Origin: Aquabacterium sp.
Lineage (GTDB): Bacteria; Pseudomonadota; Gammaproteobacteria; Burkholderiales; Burkholderiaceae_C
NCBI RefSeq assembly: GCF_036279675.1
Contig: NZ_DASUIS010000150.1
Coordinates: 1,877-65,876 of the forward strand
DNA: 64,000 bases
Direction of reading: 5' to 3'
The position numbers were made by a program, and so were the translations under genes. Of the stretch, positions 19,216 through 28,302 are shown piece after piece. The notes under the pieces are model-generated. The model saw only the letters and a list, made by a program, of their open reading frames with translations. It did no database searches and was not told where the DNA came from. Every line of letters starts with the position of its first letter. Position 1 is the stretch's first letter.

Positions 19216-19244
19216 TGGTATCAGTTGCCGTATCGTGGTATCAG
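19216..19244. promoter_or_regulatory. direct repeat TGGTATCAG-N11-TGGTATCAG upstream of the envelope-glycosylation operon
   Basis: Identical 9-mers lie at 19216-19224 and 19236-19244, 20 bp centre to centre. They sit in the 59-131 nt gap between the priming-transferase stop (19258) and the flippase-like gene start. Confidence 0.4.
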
Positions 19245-19257
19245 ATACAGGCCGGGA

Positions 19258-20667
19258 TCAGTGTGCGCCTTCGCGGAACAAGACCACGCTGACGGTTTCG
19301 AACAGGATCAGCAGGTCGAGGAACAGCGAATTGTTCTTGACGTAGTACAGGTCGTACTGATGCTTGTGCAGCGCGTCTTCAACCGATGCACCGTAGGCAT
19401 AACGAACCTGGGCCCAACCGGTCACGCCTGGCTTCACGCTGTGGCGCACGTCGTAGAAGGGGATCTGTTCCTTCAGCTGGGCCACAAAGGTGGGGCGCTC
19501 GGGGCGAGGGCCAACCATGCTCATCTCGCCAGCCAGCACGCTGAACAACTGGGGCAGCTCGTCTATGCGGGTCTTGCGGATGAAGGCGCCCACGCGGGTG
19601 ATGCGCGAGTCATTCTTGGAAGCCCAGACAGCCACGCCGTCCTTTTCGGCGTCAGTGCGCATGCTGCGGAACTTCAGGCACATGAAGCTCTTGCCGCCCA
19701 GGCCGACACGTTCCTGACGATAAATGATCGGGCCGTCGCTTTCCAGCTTGATGGCCAGCATGGTCAGCAGCATCACGGGCGAGGCCAGCAGCAGGAGGAA
19801 GCCGGAGGTGATCACGTCAAACGCGCGCTTGACGATGATCCGGCCACGACCTTGAGCGAAACCGCGGCCGTAGACCAGGAAGCTGGCCTTGAGGCTGTCC
19901 ACAGGCACTTCGCCAGTGGTTTGTTCGTAGAAGGCGGCCAGGTCCATCACGGGGATGCCCTGGATGCGTGCCGACAGCAGTTGGTCCATGGGCACGTTGC
20001 CGCCGCGCTGTTCCTTGACCGCCACGATGATCTGGTTGATGTCGTGCTTGTTGACGATCTCGTCGATCGAGGTGGCGCGGGGGAAGATGTTGAAACGCTT
20101 GTCTTCGGCAGGCAGGACGGACTCACCAGCGGGGTAGAAGCCGATCACGGAGTGGCTGCGCAGGCGGCGAGACTTCAGGTCGGTGGCCACGGCGTGGGCT
20201 TCGTTGCCCGTGCCGACGATCAGGATGCGCTGCTGGACCAGCGCGCCGCGCCAGGCCGACATCAGCAGGCCGCGAACAATCAGCAAGCCGATCATCAGGT
20301 AGGCCACGGCGAAGCCCATCAGTTGGTGAGCCTGGCTGCCGTCTACAACAGTCTTGACAGCCAGTTGGTAGGCGATGGGGGCGCCCAGGAGGCAACCCAG
20401 CACGGCGCGGCCGAGTTTGGCGCGAGTCGTCTTGCGTTCGGAACCTTCGCGATAGACGCCCACCAGGCCGCAGTGCAGGGGGATGAGGAGCGCGAAGCCC
20501 AGGCCGGAGCGCAAGGCGCTGGACATGCCCATGGACACGCTGGCGTCTCCGTAGAGATGAGCGATGGTCAGGGCACCCAGCACGATGGCCAGGAAGCTCG
20601 TCAGACTGTCTGCAAGCAGTTCAGCCAACGTCGCAATCGAAATGTGATGCTGAAAAACCCGGAACAT
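19258..20667 (-). CDS. EPS priming sugar transferase, EpsB-type (polyprenyl-phosphate hexose-1-phosphate transferase; resembles PEP-CTERM-locus subfamily)
   Basis: 469 aa. The N-terminal MFRVFQHHISIATLAELLADSL plus TM bundle precede the C-terminal bacterial sugar transferase core KRAFDVITSG..YRQERVGLGGKSFMCLKFRSM..RIDELPQL..MSMVGPRPERP. Confidence 0.9.
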   Translation of the reverse strand: MFRVFQHHISIATLAELLADSLTSFLAIVLGALTIAHLYGDASVSMGMSSALRSGLGFALLIPLHCGLVGVYREGSERKTTRAKLGRAVLGCLLGAPIAYQLAVKTVVDGSQAHQLMGFAVAYLMIGLLIVRGLLMSAWRGALVQQRILIVGTGNEAHAVATDLKSRRLRSHSVIGFYPAGESVLPAEDKRFNIFPRATSIDEIVNKHDINQIIVAVKEQRGGNVPMDQLLSARIQGIPVMDLAAFYEQTTGEVPVDSLKASFLVYGRGFAQGRGRIIVKRAFDVITSGFLLLLASPVMLLTMLAIKLESDGPIIYRQERVGLGGKSFMCLKFRSMRTDAEKDGVAVWASKNDSRITRVGAFIRKTRIDELPQLFSVLAGEMSMVGPRPERPTFVAQLKEQIPFYDVRHSVKPGVTGWAQVRYAYGASVEDALHKHQYDLYYVKNNSLFLDLLILFETVSVVLFREGAH

Positions 20668-20842
20668 GATCGCCTCTCAAAGAGACCAGGCCGCTGCAAC
20701 AAGTGCGACAACCCAACCCAAAGTAGTAAGTTTTTGTAATGGGGGGATTGTCTTCGCACCGGTCGGGTGGCATAACCCTGCGTTCAAGGGGGACCACCCT
20801 AAAACTGGGGGGGCAAAGTGACTTTGGTCGTCGCGCCAAACA

Positions 20843-21829
20843 CTAAGCCGATACCGCTTGTCGACCTTTATGTGCATTTTTTAACAATTGCAAGGTCAAA
20901 CGGGTCGGAGAAACATTCCAGGGTGCAAATCTGGGTAATTGGAAAATATCACTTTCCCGAGTGGCAACGCCCCAGGCGGTACTGACTGCAGCACGGTATC
21001 CCGCTTCTTTGACCAAATCCCGGTGTTCACGGGTGTAGTCCGTGTTGGGGCGGCCGTTCGGGTAGGCGAAAAGGGAGGGCGTGCTGCCGGTGATATCACG
21101 CAGGGCCTGTCTGTTTCGGACGATGTCTTCGCGCGCCTCGTCCAGACCAATTTTGGTCAGTATCGGGTGAGTATGTGTGTGCCCACCTATCGCCATGCCG
21201 TGTGCAGCGAGGTCCTTGACCTGTTCTGGGACCATCATCAACGGTGGACGGGCATTTTGTCCGGCACAGGCTTCCCACAGACGGTCGCAGGTGGCCTGAC
21301 GTTGCGCCAGGGGTAAATATTTGACGAATTGAACCAGTTCCTTGCTCAACCCCTGCTTCTCGGCGATATTGCTGACCGGCCTCATGCCCAGCCCCAGCCA
21401 GCTGAGGTCGAGATGGGGGCCTTGGGCGCGTCGAATCGCTTCAGTCACGACATCGTTGAACATCAAGCCGTTGCCCAGGTAGCCCGTACAGATGAAAAAA
21501 GTGGCAGGCAGGCGGTGGCGGCGCAAGATGGGCAGAGCCACGGAGTGGTTGTCTTCATAGCCGTCATCAAAGGTGATGCTCAGGGCCCGCCTGGGCAGCT
21601 TGCCTTGTTCCAGCATGTCGAGCGCATCTGGCAGCGGCAAGACGTTGAAGCAACTCCGCGCTGCAGTCATGTGCCCATCAAAACTGGCCGCATCGATCTG
21701 ATCGGGTGGCTGCAGGGGGTCCGCCTGAGGCAGCACGCGATGGTAGGTCAGGACAGTCAGGCAACCACTGGCGCCGCCGGGTGACAGGAACCCTCCAGCT
21801 CCGATGAATGCAAGTGAGGTCAATGGCAT
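20843..21829 (-). CDS. polysaccharide deacetylase (CE4 / NodB homology)
   Basis: Start at Met 21829. Motifs: VLTYHRV, SITFDDGYEDN, LPATFFI, GGHTHTHP. Confidence 0.85.
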   Translation of the reverse strand: MPLTSLAFIGAGGFLSPGGASGCLTVLTYHRVLPQADPLQPPDQIDAASFDGHMTAARSCFNVLPLPDALDMLEQGKLPRRALSITFDDGYEDNHSVALPILRRHRLPATFFICTGYLGNGLMFNDVVTEAIRRAQGPHLDLSWLGLGMRPVSNIAEKQGLSKELVQFVKYLPLAQRQATCDRLWEACAGQNARPPLMMVPEQVKDLAAHGMAIGGHTHTHPILTKIGLDEAREDIVRNRQALRDITGSTPSLFAYPNGRPNTDYTREHRDLVKEAGYRAAVSTAWGVATRESDIFQLPRFAPWNVSPTRLTLQLLKNAHKGRQAVSA

Positions 21830-21944
21830 GGGGTGACGGCGCAGGCAAAACGTGTAAATTTGTAAACATGATAGCGGCTGCCCGCCGCTTTGCATGCCCC
21901 TACCTGAATGGGTTAACGTCAGATGTCACTGATTGGCACGTGCG

Positions 21945-24086
21945 TCAGGCAGGGTTGGTCAACTGCTCTCTGGGTGCCCGTTGTTTCCACCATGCGGCAA
22001 GATGCTCGGTGGTGCGGCTGGCCGTGAGACCATCCCAGAACTTGGGCAGACGACCCTTCTTGCCGCCACCCCTGAGTATTTCGGCCACGGCGCGGTGAAT
22101 CAGGCTGCTGTTGCAGCCCACCGCGATGTTGGTGCCTTGCTCGACCGTGATGCGCCGCTCGGTGTAGTTGTGCAAGGTCAGGCAGGGCACGCCAAGGATG
22201 GTCGACTCTTCCTGAACGGTGGACGAGTCGGTCAACACGCAGGCAGCGGTGCCGATGAGGCCGATCATCTTGTAGTAGGGCACCACGGGGAGCACGCCCA
22301 GTTGCGCACCATCAACGCCAGCCAGCAGATGATGCTGGTTGATCAGGCGTCGGGTGGCCTCGTTGGTTACCCAGATCATGGGCAGATCCCGGCTGATGGA
22401 CTTCAGGATGGCCGTCAGCTCGATCAACGGTTGCAGTTCGGTGCCGATGCCGCCGCCATGAAGATGCACGATGCCGTAGCCTTGCTTGTTCTTGAGCAGT
22501 TCGGGCGACTGGTCGAACTGGCGCAAGGTGTACTTGGGCGGCGAGGCTTGCGGCAGCATGGCCCGGACCGTGTCCATGACCAGATTGCCCACAAATTGCA
22601 CGCGATCGGCAGAAATGCCTTCTCGCGTGAGGTTGTCGTGCGCCACCCACTCGGAGGTCAGCAACAGGTCGGCCATGTGGTCACACATCATGGCGTTGAT
22701 TTCCTGCGGACGAGACCGGTCGAAGCTGCGCAGGCCAGCCTCCATGTGGATGATGGGCACGCCTTGCCGATGGGCGGCCAGGCTGGCCATCAGTGCTGCA
22801 TCGTCGCCACCCTGCACGATGAGTGCGGCCGGGTTGTACTCGTGGAGCAGGTGATCAAGTTGCCGCAAGCCATCGGCCATCTGGCCCACAGGCGTGGCTG
22901 GCGGGACGCGCAGCACGAAATCGGGTTCGCGCAGGCCCAGGTGTTCGCTCCAGTCACCACTGAGTTCGAACTGTCCGGGTGCATTGATCACCAGCAGCTT
23001 GAGCGCAGGCAGGTCGGTGCGTGTGGCGAAGGCCTTCTGAAGTGCCGCAGCCCGGATGCAACCCGTGCGAGAGCCTGCCACCATGAGGAAGGCATGCGTG
23101 CGCGGGCCCCGTACGGTGGCTGGATTGAGCAACTCATTGCTGAACTTCGGCGTTTCCAGGGGCGCTTCGACGCTGTCGGTCAGCGTGGGCATCACCAGGG
23201 GGCGCTGCGGTTCGGGCAGGTTGACGGCGGTCGGCGCGATGCTGTGGCTGTCGACACGCGTGAGCGTGGGTTCGCCTATCTCCGCACGGATCTCCATGGC
23301 GATGCGGGCCACGTCAGCGGAGGTGATGTCATGGCCTTCTGCCAGGAATGTGGCCAGCAGCAGCCGGTTGCACAACAGGTTGATGCGACGAGGAATGCCC
23401 GACGTCCACTGGAAGATCTCGTCAAAGGCGTCGTCGTCGAAATGCGGGTGATCGTTCCAGCCGACCTTCTTGAGGCGGTGCTCGATGTAGCGACGCGTTT
23501 CGCTGCGGTCCATGGGGCCGAGGTGATACGAGGCGATCACGCGCTGGCGCAACTGCTCGAGGCTGCGCGACAACAGCATGTCGCGCAATTCAGGTTGACC
23601 GATCAGGAAGCTTTGCAGCAAGGCCTGGTTGCCGAACTGGAAGTTCGACAGCATGCGCAGTTCTTCAATCGCATCGCGGCTGAGGTTTTGCGCTTCATCG
23701 ACGATCAGCACGGCACGCTTGTTCTGCGTGGCCAGCAGTGTCAGATAGGCTTCCAGCGTGGCGATCAGCTCTGCCTTGCTTTGCCCCTTGGGCGGGATGC
23801 CGAAGGCCGTGATGGTCGAGCGCAACAGGTCGCCGGCTTCCAGTTGGGTGCTCACCAGTTGAGCTGCGACGACCTTGTCATTGTCGATGTCGCTCAGCAA
23901 GGTGCGCACGAGCGTGGTCTTGCCGGCGCCGATGTCACCGGTCACCACGATGAAGCCTTCAGCCTGATACAGACCGAACTTCAGGTAGGACAGGGCGCTG
24001 CTGTGCCCCCGGCTGTCGAAATAGAAGCTGGGGTCCGGATTGAGCAGGAAAGGGGCCCCGGTCAGGCCGAAATACGACTCATACAT
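21945..24086 (-). CDS. fusion protein: ExeA/GspA-like AAA ATPase (PEP-CTERM-locus type) + UDP-N-acetylglucosamine 2-epimerase (WecB-like)
   Basis: Single uninterrupted 713-aa ORF. The N-terminal ~275 aa read MYESYFGLTGAPFLLNPDPSFYFDS..VVTGDIGAGKTTL..LIVDEAQNL. A ~50-aa Pro-rich linker follows. The C-terminal ~390 aa carry epimerase motifs HMEAGLRSFDRSRPQEINAMMCDH, VGNLVMD and LTDSSTVQEESTILGVPCLTL. Confidence 0.85.
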   Translation of the reverse strand: MYESYFGLTGAPFLLNPDPSFYFDSRGHSSALSYLKFGLYQAEGFIVVTGDIGAGKTTLVRTLLSDIDNDKVVAAQLVSTQLEAGDLLRSTITAFGIPPKGQSKAELIATLEAYLTLLATQNKRAVLIVDEAQNLSRDAIEELRMLSNFQFGNQALLQSFLIGQPELRDMLLSRSLEQLRQRVIASYHLGPMDRSETRRYIEHRLKKVGWNDHPHFDDDAFDEIFQWTSGIPRRINLLCNRLLLATFLAEGHDITSADVARIAMEIRAEIGEPTLTRVDSHSIAPTAVNLPEPQRPLVMPTLTDSVEAPLETPKFSNELLNPATVRGPRTHAFLMVAGSRTGCIRAAALQKAFATRTDLPALKLLVINAPGQFELSGDWSEHLGLREPDFVLRVPPATPVGQMADGLRQLDHLLHEYNPAALIVQGGDDAALMASLAAHRQGVPIIHMEAGLRSFDRSRPQEINAMMCDHMADLLLTSEWVAHDNLTREGISADRVQFVGNLVMDTVRAMLPQASPPKYTLRQFDQSPELLKNKQGYGIVHLHGGGIGTELQPLIELTAILKSISRDLPMIWVTNEATRRLINQHHLLAGVDGAQLGVLPVVPYYKMIGLIGTAACVLTDSSTVQEESTILGVPCLTLHNYTERRITVEQGTNIAVGCNSSLIHRAVAEILRGGGKKGRLPKFWDGLTASRTTEHLAAWWKQRAPREQLTNPA

Positions 24087-24100
24087 CCTGTGTGCATTCT

Positions 24101-25645
24101 CTAGAAGCGGTACCCCAGTCCCACAAACATCGACGACTCGTCGCTGCTGGTGGTGGATGGCGTGTGCGAGATCTGGTGCTTGAGGCCCATGCTGGCCGTG
24201 GCGTCCGATGACAGCGCGGTGTTGAAGGTCGCCCGCCAGGAAAAATCGCGAGACAGGATGGGGGCTTGTCCGTCTGGTGTGTTGACCGCACGTGACCAGC
24301 GCAGGCCGCCCGAGATGGTGCTCAGCGGTGTCAGTCGGTGGTTGAGCTGGGTGTCGAAAAAGTATTCCTTGGTGCGCGGTGGCGGCAGCAGGGAGACGGT
24401 GGAATCGATCAACAAGGGGTGTGAGCGGTTCAGGCCGGCTGAGAGCGTCAACACGTCGCGGCGCCCCATGACGGCCAGACGCCCGGTCGTGGTTTCTCTC
24501 AGCACGGCACCCAGGTCGTAGGCGTCACGTGTGGAACCAATTGTGGTGGGCAGATTGCGAGAAGCAATCAGGTCGGCGACGGCATTCTTCCGTTCGACCG
24601 GATTGGTGATGCGCGTCGTCAGCATGGCGTCGTACAGGCTTTGCATCGACGACCCCGCCTGCCAGGTGCCCAGCGACGAGGTGTACGTCTCAGGTTGACG
24701 GCGGCTGCTGAACCCCAGGGCAAGCCAGGGCGATCGGTGTGTGGCTTCCACTTGCCAGGCTTTGCCGAAGAAGCGGTCTTCCACCTGGGCCTTGAGCAGC
24801 GTGCGCTCACCGGGACGCCACTGGAAGCGTGCGCCCCGAATGGTGTCATCCAGCTTGCGGGTGAGCACCTGCGTGCTTTCCCGGCCGGCAGTCAGGCCCA
24901 CTTCCAGTTCCGGGCTCAAGGCGTAGAGAACGGAAGCCTTGCCTGATTTCTGCGTGAGGCTGGGGTCGGATTGCCCGGAGATGTGCGTGGTCTGGTAATC
25001 CGCATCGAGCTCGTAACCGATGCGTGTGGGCCTGCGCGTCAGCAGCAGGCGATGGTCATCTGCATACGAGTTGGGCCTGGCTGCCAGCGCCGTGCTGTTC
25101 TGGGACGACTTCAACCAGGTGCGGCCCAGTCGCGCTTCAACGTGGGTGTCGGCATCCAGCGGGCGGCTGATGTAGGGGCTCAGGCCATAACGCGTGTTGG
25201 TGTAGGTGTTGGCGGTGTTGGGCGTCGAGGAACTTGTCGTGGCATTGTTGAAGTTGGCCTGCACCTGCTCGGAGGACACGTTGGCATCCAGGCCCACGCC
25301 TTGTCGCAGGATGTCCGTGTGCAGGTTGAGCGCGCCTGACGGCAGGATGCGATCAGGCTGCGTGCCATTTGCATAGTTGACGGCGCTCAGGCGGTACTGG
25401 CCCTCAAGCGTGGCGTTGGCGCCCTTGGCTTTCACGTTCACGCCAGCCGTGGCCGTGGTGATCACATCGCTTTGACGCGGGCCGCTGGCGGCTGCATTGA
25501 CGTTGTCGGTCGACAGGACCTGCAGATCCAGCGTGGGTTGGATTTTGGTTGTTTGTGTCTGCGCCTGGGCCGCGGGCAGCGCGCATCCTCCCGCCAGCAG
25601 CAGGCACGCCAGGCTGATGGCGGTCTCAGGGTGCGTAGTAGCCAT
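24101..25645 (-). CDS. EPS-locus outer-membrane beta-barrel protein
   Basis: Signal peptide MATTHPETAISLACLLLAGGCALPAAQA. The sequence alternates in a beta-strand-like way and is rich in T/S/N/Y/R. The C-terminal VGLGYRF ends in Phe, an OMP signature. The start overlaps the upstream gene by 20 nt. Confidence 0.7.
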   Translation of the reverse strand: MATTHPETAISLACLLLAGGCALPAAQAQTQTTKIQPTLDLQVLSTDNVNAAASGPRQSDVITTATAGVNVKAKGANATLEGQYRLSAVNYANGTQPDRILPSGALNLHTDILRQGVGLDANVSSEQVQANFNNATTSSSTPNTANTYTNTRYGLSPYISRPLDADTHVEARLGRTWLKSSQNSTALAARPNSYADDHRLLLTRRPTRIGYELDADYQTTHISGQSDPSLTQKSGKASVLYALSPELEVGLTAGRESTQVLTRKLDDTIRGARFQWRPGERTLLKAQVEDRFFGKAWQVEATHRSPWLALGFSSRRQPETYTSSLGTWQAGSSMQSLYDAMLTTRITNPVERKNAVADLIASRNLPTTIGSTRDAYDLGAVLRETTTGRLAVMGRRDVLTLSAGLNRSHPLLIDSTVSLLPPPRTKEYFFDTQLNHRLTPLSTISGGLRWSRAVNTPDGQAPILSRDFSWRATFNTALSSDATASMGLKHQISHTPSTTSSDESSMFVGLGYRF

Positions 25646-26651
25646 AAGCACTGGTGCCTTTCGGCCCGCGGTATTTGTTGAGCATGGCCAGTACGACGGG
25701 GTGGTTCTCGACCGTTGCAAAAGCCTGCTTGATCGTGCTGGTAGGCGTCTTGCCGGACTCGACCACCATCAGCACCTGGCCCATGTGGGTGGCCAGAACG
25801 CGAGACTCCGTGGTCGACAGAACGGGGGGCGTGTCAAAGATGATGACGCGGTCAGCGTACTTGCTGGCCAGCTCTTCCAGCAATTCGTCCATGGTTGCGC
25901 TGGCCAACAGTTCGGTCGAGCGGGAGCTTGCCGTGCCCGCTGGCAGCAGTGTCAACTTCGGGATGTTGGTCTTGATCAGGACGTCGGCCAGATCGGTGCC
26001 GGGGTGCTCCAGCAGGTCCAGCAGACCCTTCTGTGCGTGCACGCCCATGCGCTCAAGGGCAGATGGGCGAATCACGTCGGCCTCGACCAGCAGCACGGTG
26101 TGGTCCAGTTCCATGGCGATGCTGATGGCCAGATTGATGGCTGTTTGCGTCTTGCCTTCGCCAGGGACAGAACTGGTCACCATGATCAGGTTCGCGCGAT
26201 GGGGGCGCACCGCCGTCTGACCGTGGATGTTTTCCAGCAAAGGGCGCTTGATGATGCGGAACTCTTCTTCGAGTTGCGAGCGGGGGTCTCCGGGCACCAT
26301 CAAACCGGCGCGGCTCATCCTCAGCAAGTCGAGGTTGACGGTACGGCTGCGTTTGTCACTGCCGGGAGGCAGCACAGGCGGCACGTAGTCAGGCTCGGCG
26401 ATCATGGAGGCGACCACGTCGGGCGTGAGCGTGTGCAGATCGTCCAGCTCGGCCGACTGGCTTGCCGTGATCGCTGGTGCGACAGTTGGTGCCGGTTGTG
26501 CCGCGGCAGGGGGCGGCGCAGCGGTATTGACTGCTGCGGCGGGTGCGGGCGGTGCGGCTTCCGCGGGTGAGCCGGTATTGGCGCCCGAGACGTCAATACC
26601 AGCCTGGCGGAGTTGTTCCAGTCGTTTGGCGGCTTGTTCGATCGTGTTCAT
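25626..26651 (-). CDS. BY-kinase-like P-loop ATPase (EPS chain-length co-polymerase partner)
   Basis: MNTIEQAAKRLEQL N-terminus, a Pro/Ala-rich spacer, then VTSSVPGEGKTQTAINLA and LLVEADVIRP (Walker A/A'), and VIIFDTPPV (Walker B). Confidence 0.85.
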   Translation of the reverse strand: MNTIEQAAKRLEQLRQAGIDVSGANTGSPAEAAPPAPAAAVNTAAPPPAAAQPAPTVAPAITASQSAELDDLHTLTPDVVASMIAEPDYVPPVLPPGSDKRSRTVNLDLLRMSRAGLMVPGDPRSQLEEEFRIIKRPLLENIHGQTAVRPHRANLIMVTSSVPGEGKTQTAINLAISIAMELDHTVLLVEADVIRPSALERMGVHAQKGLLDLLEHPGTDLADVLIKTNIPKLTLLPAGTASSRSTELLASATMDELLEELASKYADRVIIFDTPPVLSTTESRVLATHMGQVLMVVESGKTPTSTIKQAFATVENHPVVLAMLNKYRGPKGTSAYGYYAP

Positions 26652-26663
26652 CTTCTCGCCACC

Positions 26664-28214
26664 TCAAGGAAGCATGTGCTGCTTGACTGCAATCAACCAG
26701 CCCACATTGGCCATCAGGAAGATGGCCATGGCCCCGGCGAAAACGCGGTTGTTGCGGCGCGCCTGCTCGTGGATGGCGGGGCCGACGACCAGCGAGACAC
26801 TCCCCAGCACCGGGCGTCCGCTGATCTCCTTGAGCTGCCTGGCGTCGTACACCGAAGGGAAAACTTGCGACAGGCCGAATGTGGCTGCTGCGCCGCCAAG
26901 CAGAGCAGCAGCAATGGAGGCCAGCGCCACCAGCATGCGGCTGGGTTTGGCGGGGGTGGGCGACACGCGCGGGGGCTCGACGACGCGGAACTCGGCCACC
27001 TTGGTCGTCTGGTCGATCTTTTCACCCAGCGAGGCCGATTCCCTTCGCGTCACGAGCTGTTCGTAATTCTTGCGAACCACGTCGTAGTCCCGGTTGAGCT
27101 GAGCCAGTTCGGCTTCCACTGCCGGCATGCGGCTGGCCATGGTGCGAGCCTGATCCAGTTGGCCTTGCTGTGCCCCCAACTGGCCTCGCAGCGACGCGAC
27201 CTTGGCTTCAGCCTCGGCCAGGGTCACGCGAATTTTCTGGAACACCGGGCTGGTGGGGGCGGGCTTCAGCTTGCCGTTGCCAGCTTTGGCGCGGGCGTCC
27301 AGTTCGGCGCGACGCTGTTGCTCCAGTTGTGCGATGCTGCGACGCACGGCCACCACATCGGGGTGCTCGTCCGTGTAGCGGCGCATCAGTTCGTCGAGCT
27401 GGCGCTTTTGCGCATCCAGACGGGCATCGGTTTCAGCCGTGGGTGATTGCACGGGCAAGCCGCTGGCCTCGGCAGGCATGGTCGGATCTTCGTTGGCCAG
27501 TTCCCGACGCAGGGCGTCACGTGCCTGTTCGGCGGCCTGCAGCTCTACACGCAGGCGGGAGACCTCGTCCGAGGAGGTCGACATGCGCGCAAAGTAGTCC
27601 TGGTTGGAGGTGCCGGTCAGGCCGAAGTTCTTGATCTTGAAGTCCTTGAGCCGGTTTTCGGCTTCGGTCAGCTTCAGCTCGTAAGACTTGATCTGGTCGT
27701 CCAGGAACTGGCGAGCCTGCTCGGAGTCACGCTGCTTGTCCACCACGCCGGATGACACGAACAGGGCCACCAGATCTTCCACCACGCGCTGGGCACGCTG
27801 AGGGTTGATGTCGCGGTAGGTGATGGCGAACAGGTTGGCGTCACCTGAGGGCGCTACCTTGATCTCCTTGGTGAAGCGGTCAATGATCTTTTCGCGATCG
27901 GCTTCACTGAGGTACTGCAGACCAATGCGTGGGGACTGGATCAGGCGCTCGATGTTGGGGCGGCTGATCAGCGTGCGGGCAATCATGCGGACCTGCTGAT
28001 CCACGTCCGGCTGAAAGGCCAGACCGTTCATCAGCGGTTTGAGCACGGTTTGCGTGTCGACGAACACGCGCGCTGAGGCTTCGTAGCGGTCTCGCATCAC
28101 GTAGACCACGCCCGCTCCGAGAAAGGCAATGACCCAGGCAACAGCGACGCCTACCCAGCGCCGCTGCCACATGGCAATCAAAATACTGGAGACTTGCCGG
28201 AGAGTATCGTCCAT
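26664..28214 (-). CDS. polysaccharide chain-length determinant (Wzz/PCP, PEP-CTERM-locus type)
   Basis: 516 aa with an N-terminal TM segment, DRYEASARVFVDTQTVLKPLMNGLAFQP, a long coiled-coil middle, and a C-terminal TM pair. Confidence 0.85.
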   Translation of the reverse strand: MDDTLRQVSSILIAMWQRRWVGVAVAWVIAFLGAGVVYVMRDRYEASARVFVDTQTVLKPLMNGLAFQPDVDQQVRMIARTLISRPNIERLIQSPRIGLQYLSEADREKIIDRFTKEIKVAPSGDANLFAITYRDINPQRAQRVVEDLVALFVSSGVVDKQRDSEQARQFLDDQIKSYELKLTEAENRLKDFKIKNFGLTGTSNQDYFARMSTSSDEVSRLRVELQAAEQARDALRRELANEDPTMPAEASGLPVQSPTAETDARLDAQKRQLDELMRRYTDEHPDVVAVRRSIAQLEQQRRAELDARAKAGNGKLKPAPTSPVFQKIRVTLAEAEAKVASLRGQLGAQQGQLDQARTMASRMPAVEAELAQLNRDYDVVRKNYEQLVTRRESASLGEKIDQTTKVAEFRVVEPPRVSPTPAKPSRMLVALASIAAALLGGAAATFGLSQVFPSVYDARQLKEISGRPVLGSVSLVVGPAIHEQARRNNRVFAGAMAIFLMANVGWLIAVKQHMLP

Positions 28215-28302
28215 ACGGCTGGAAGTACGACTGGGTAATGCCCGTTGGTTTGAATGGATGCGCCGACCGTGTCGGGACGCTGCTGGATATCAGATCCGAC
28301 TA

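Noticed and set aside
19225-20739. 504-aa plus-strand ORF opposite the priming sugar transferase
   Set aside because: This is the antisense shadow of a gene with an unmistakable bacterial sugar transferase core, and its own translation is Gly/Ala/His/Asp-rich noise.
21933-24104. 723-aa plus-strand ORF opposite the ATPase-epimerase fusion gene
   Set aside because: Shadow ORF. The minus-strand frame carries clear Walker and epimerase motifs, whereas this frame is low-complexity (G/A/R/H/Q-rich) with no motifs.
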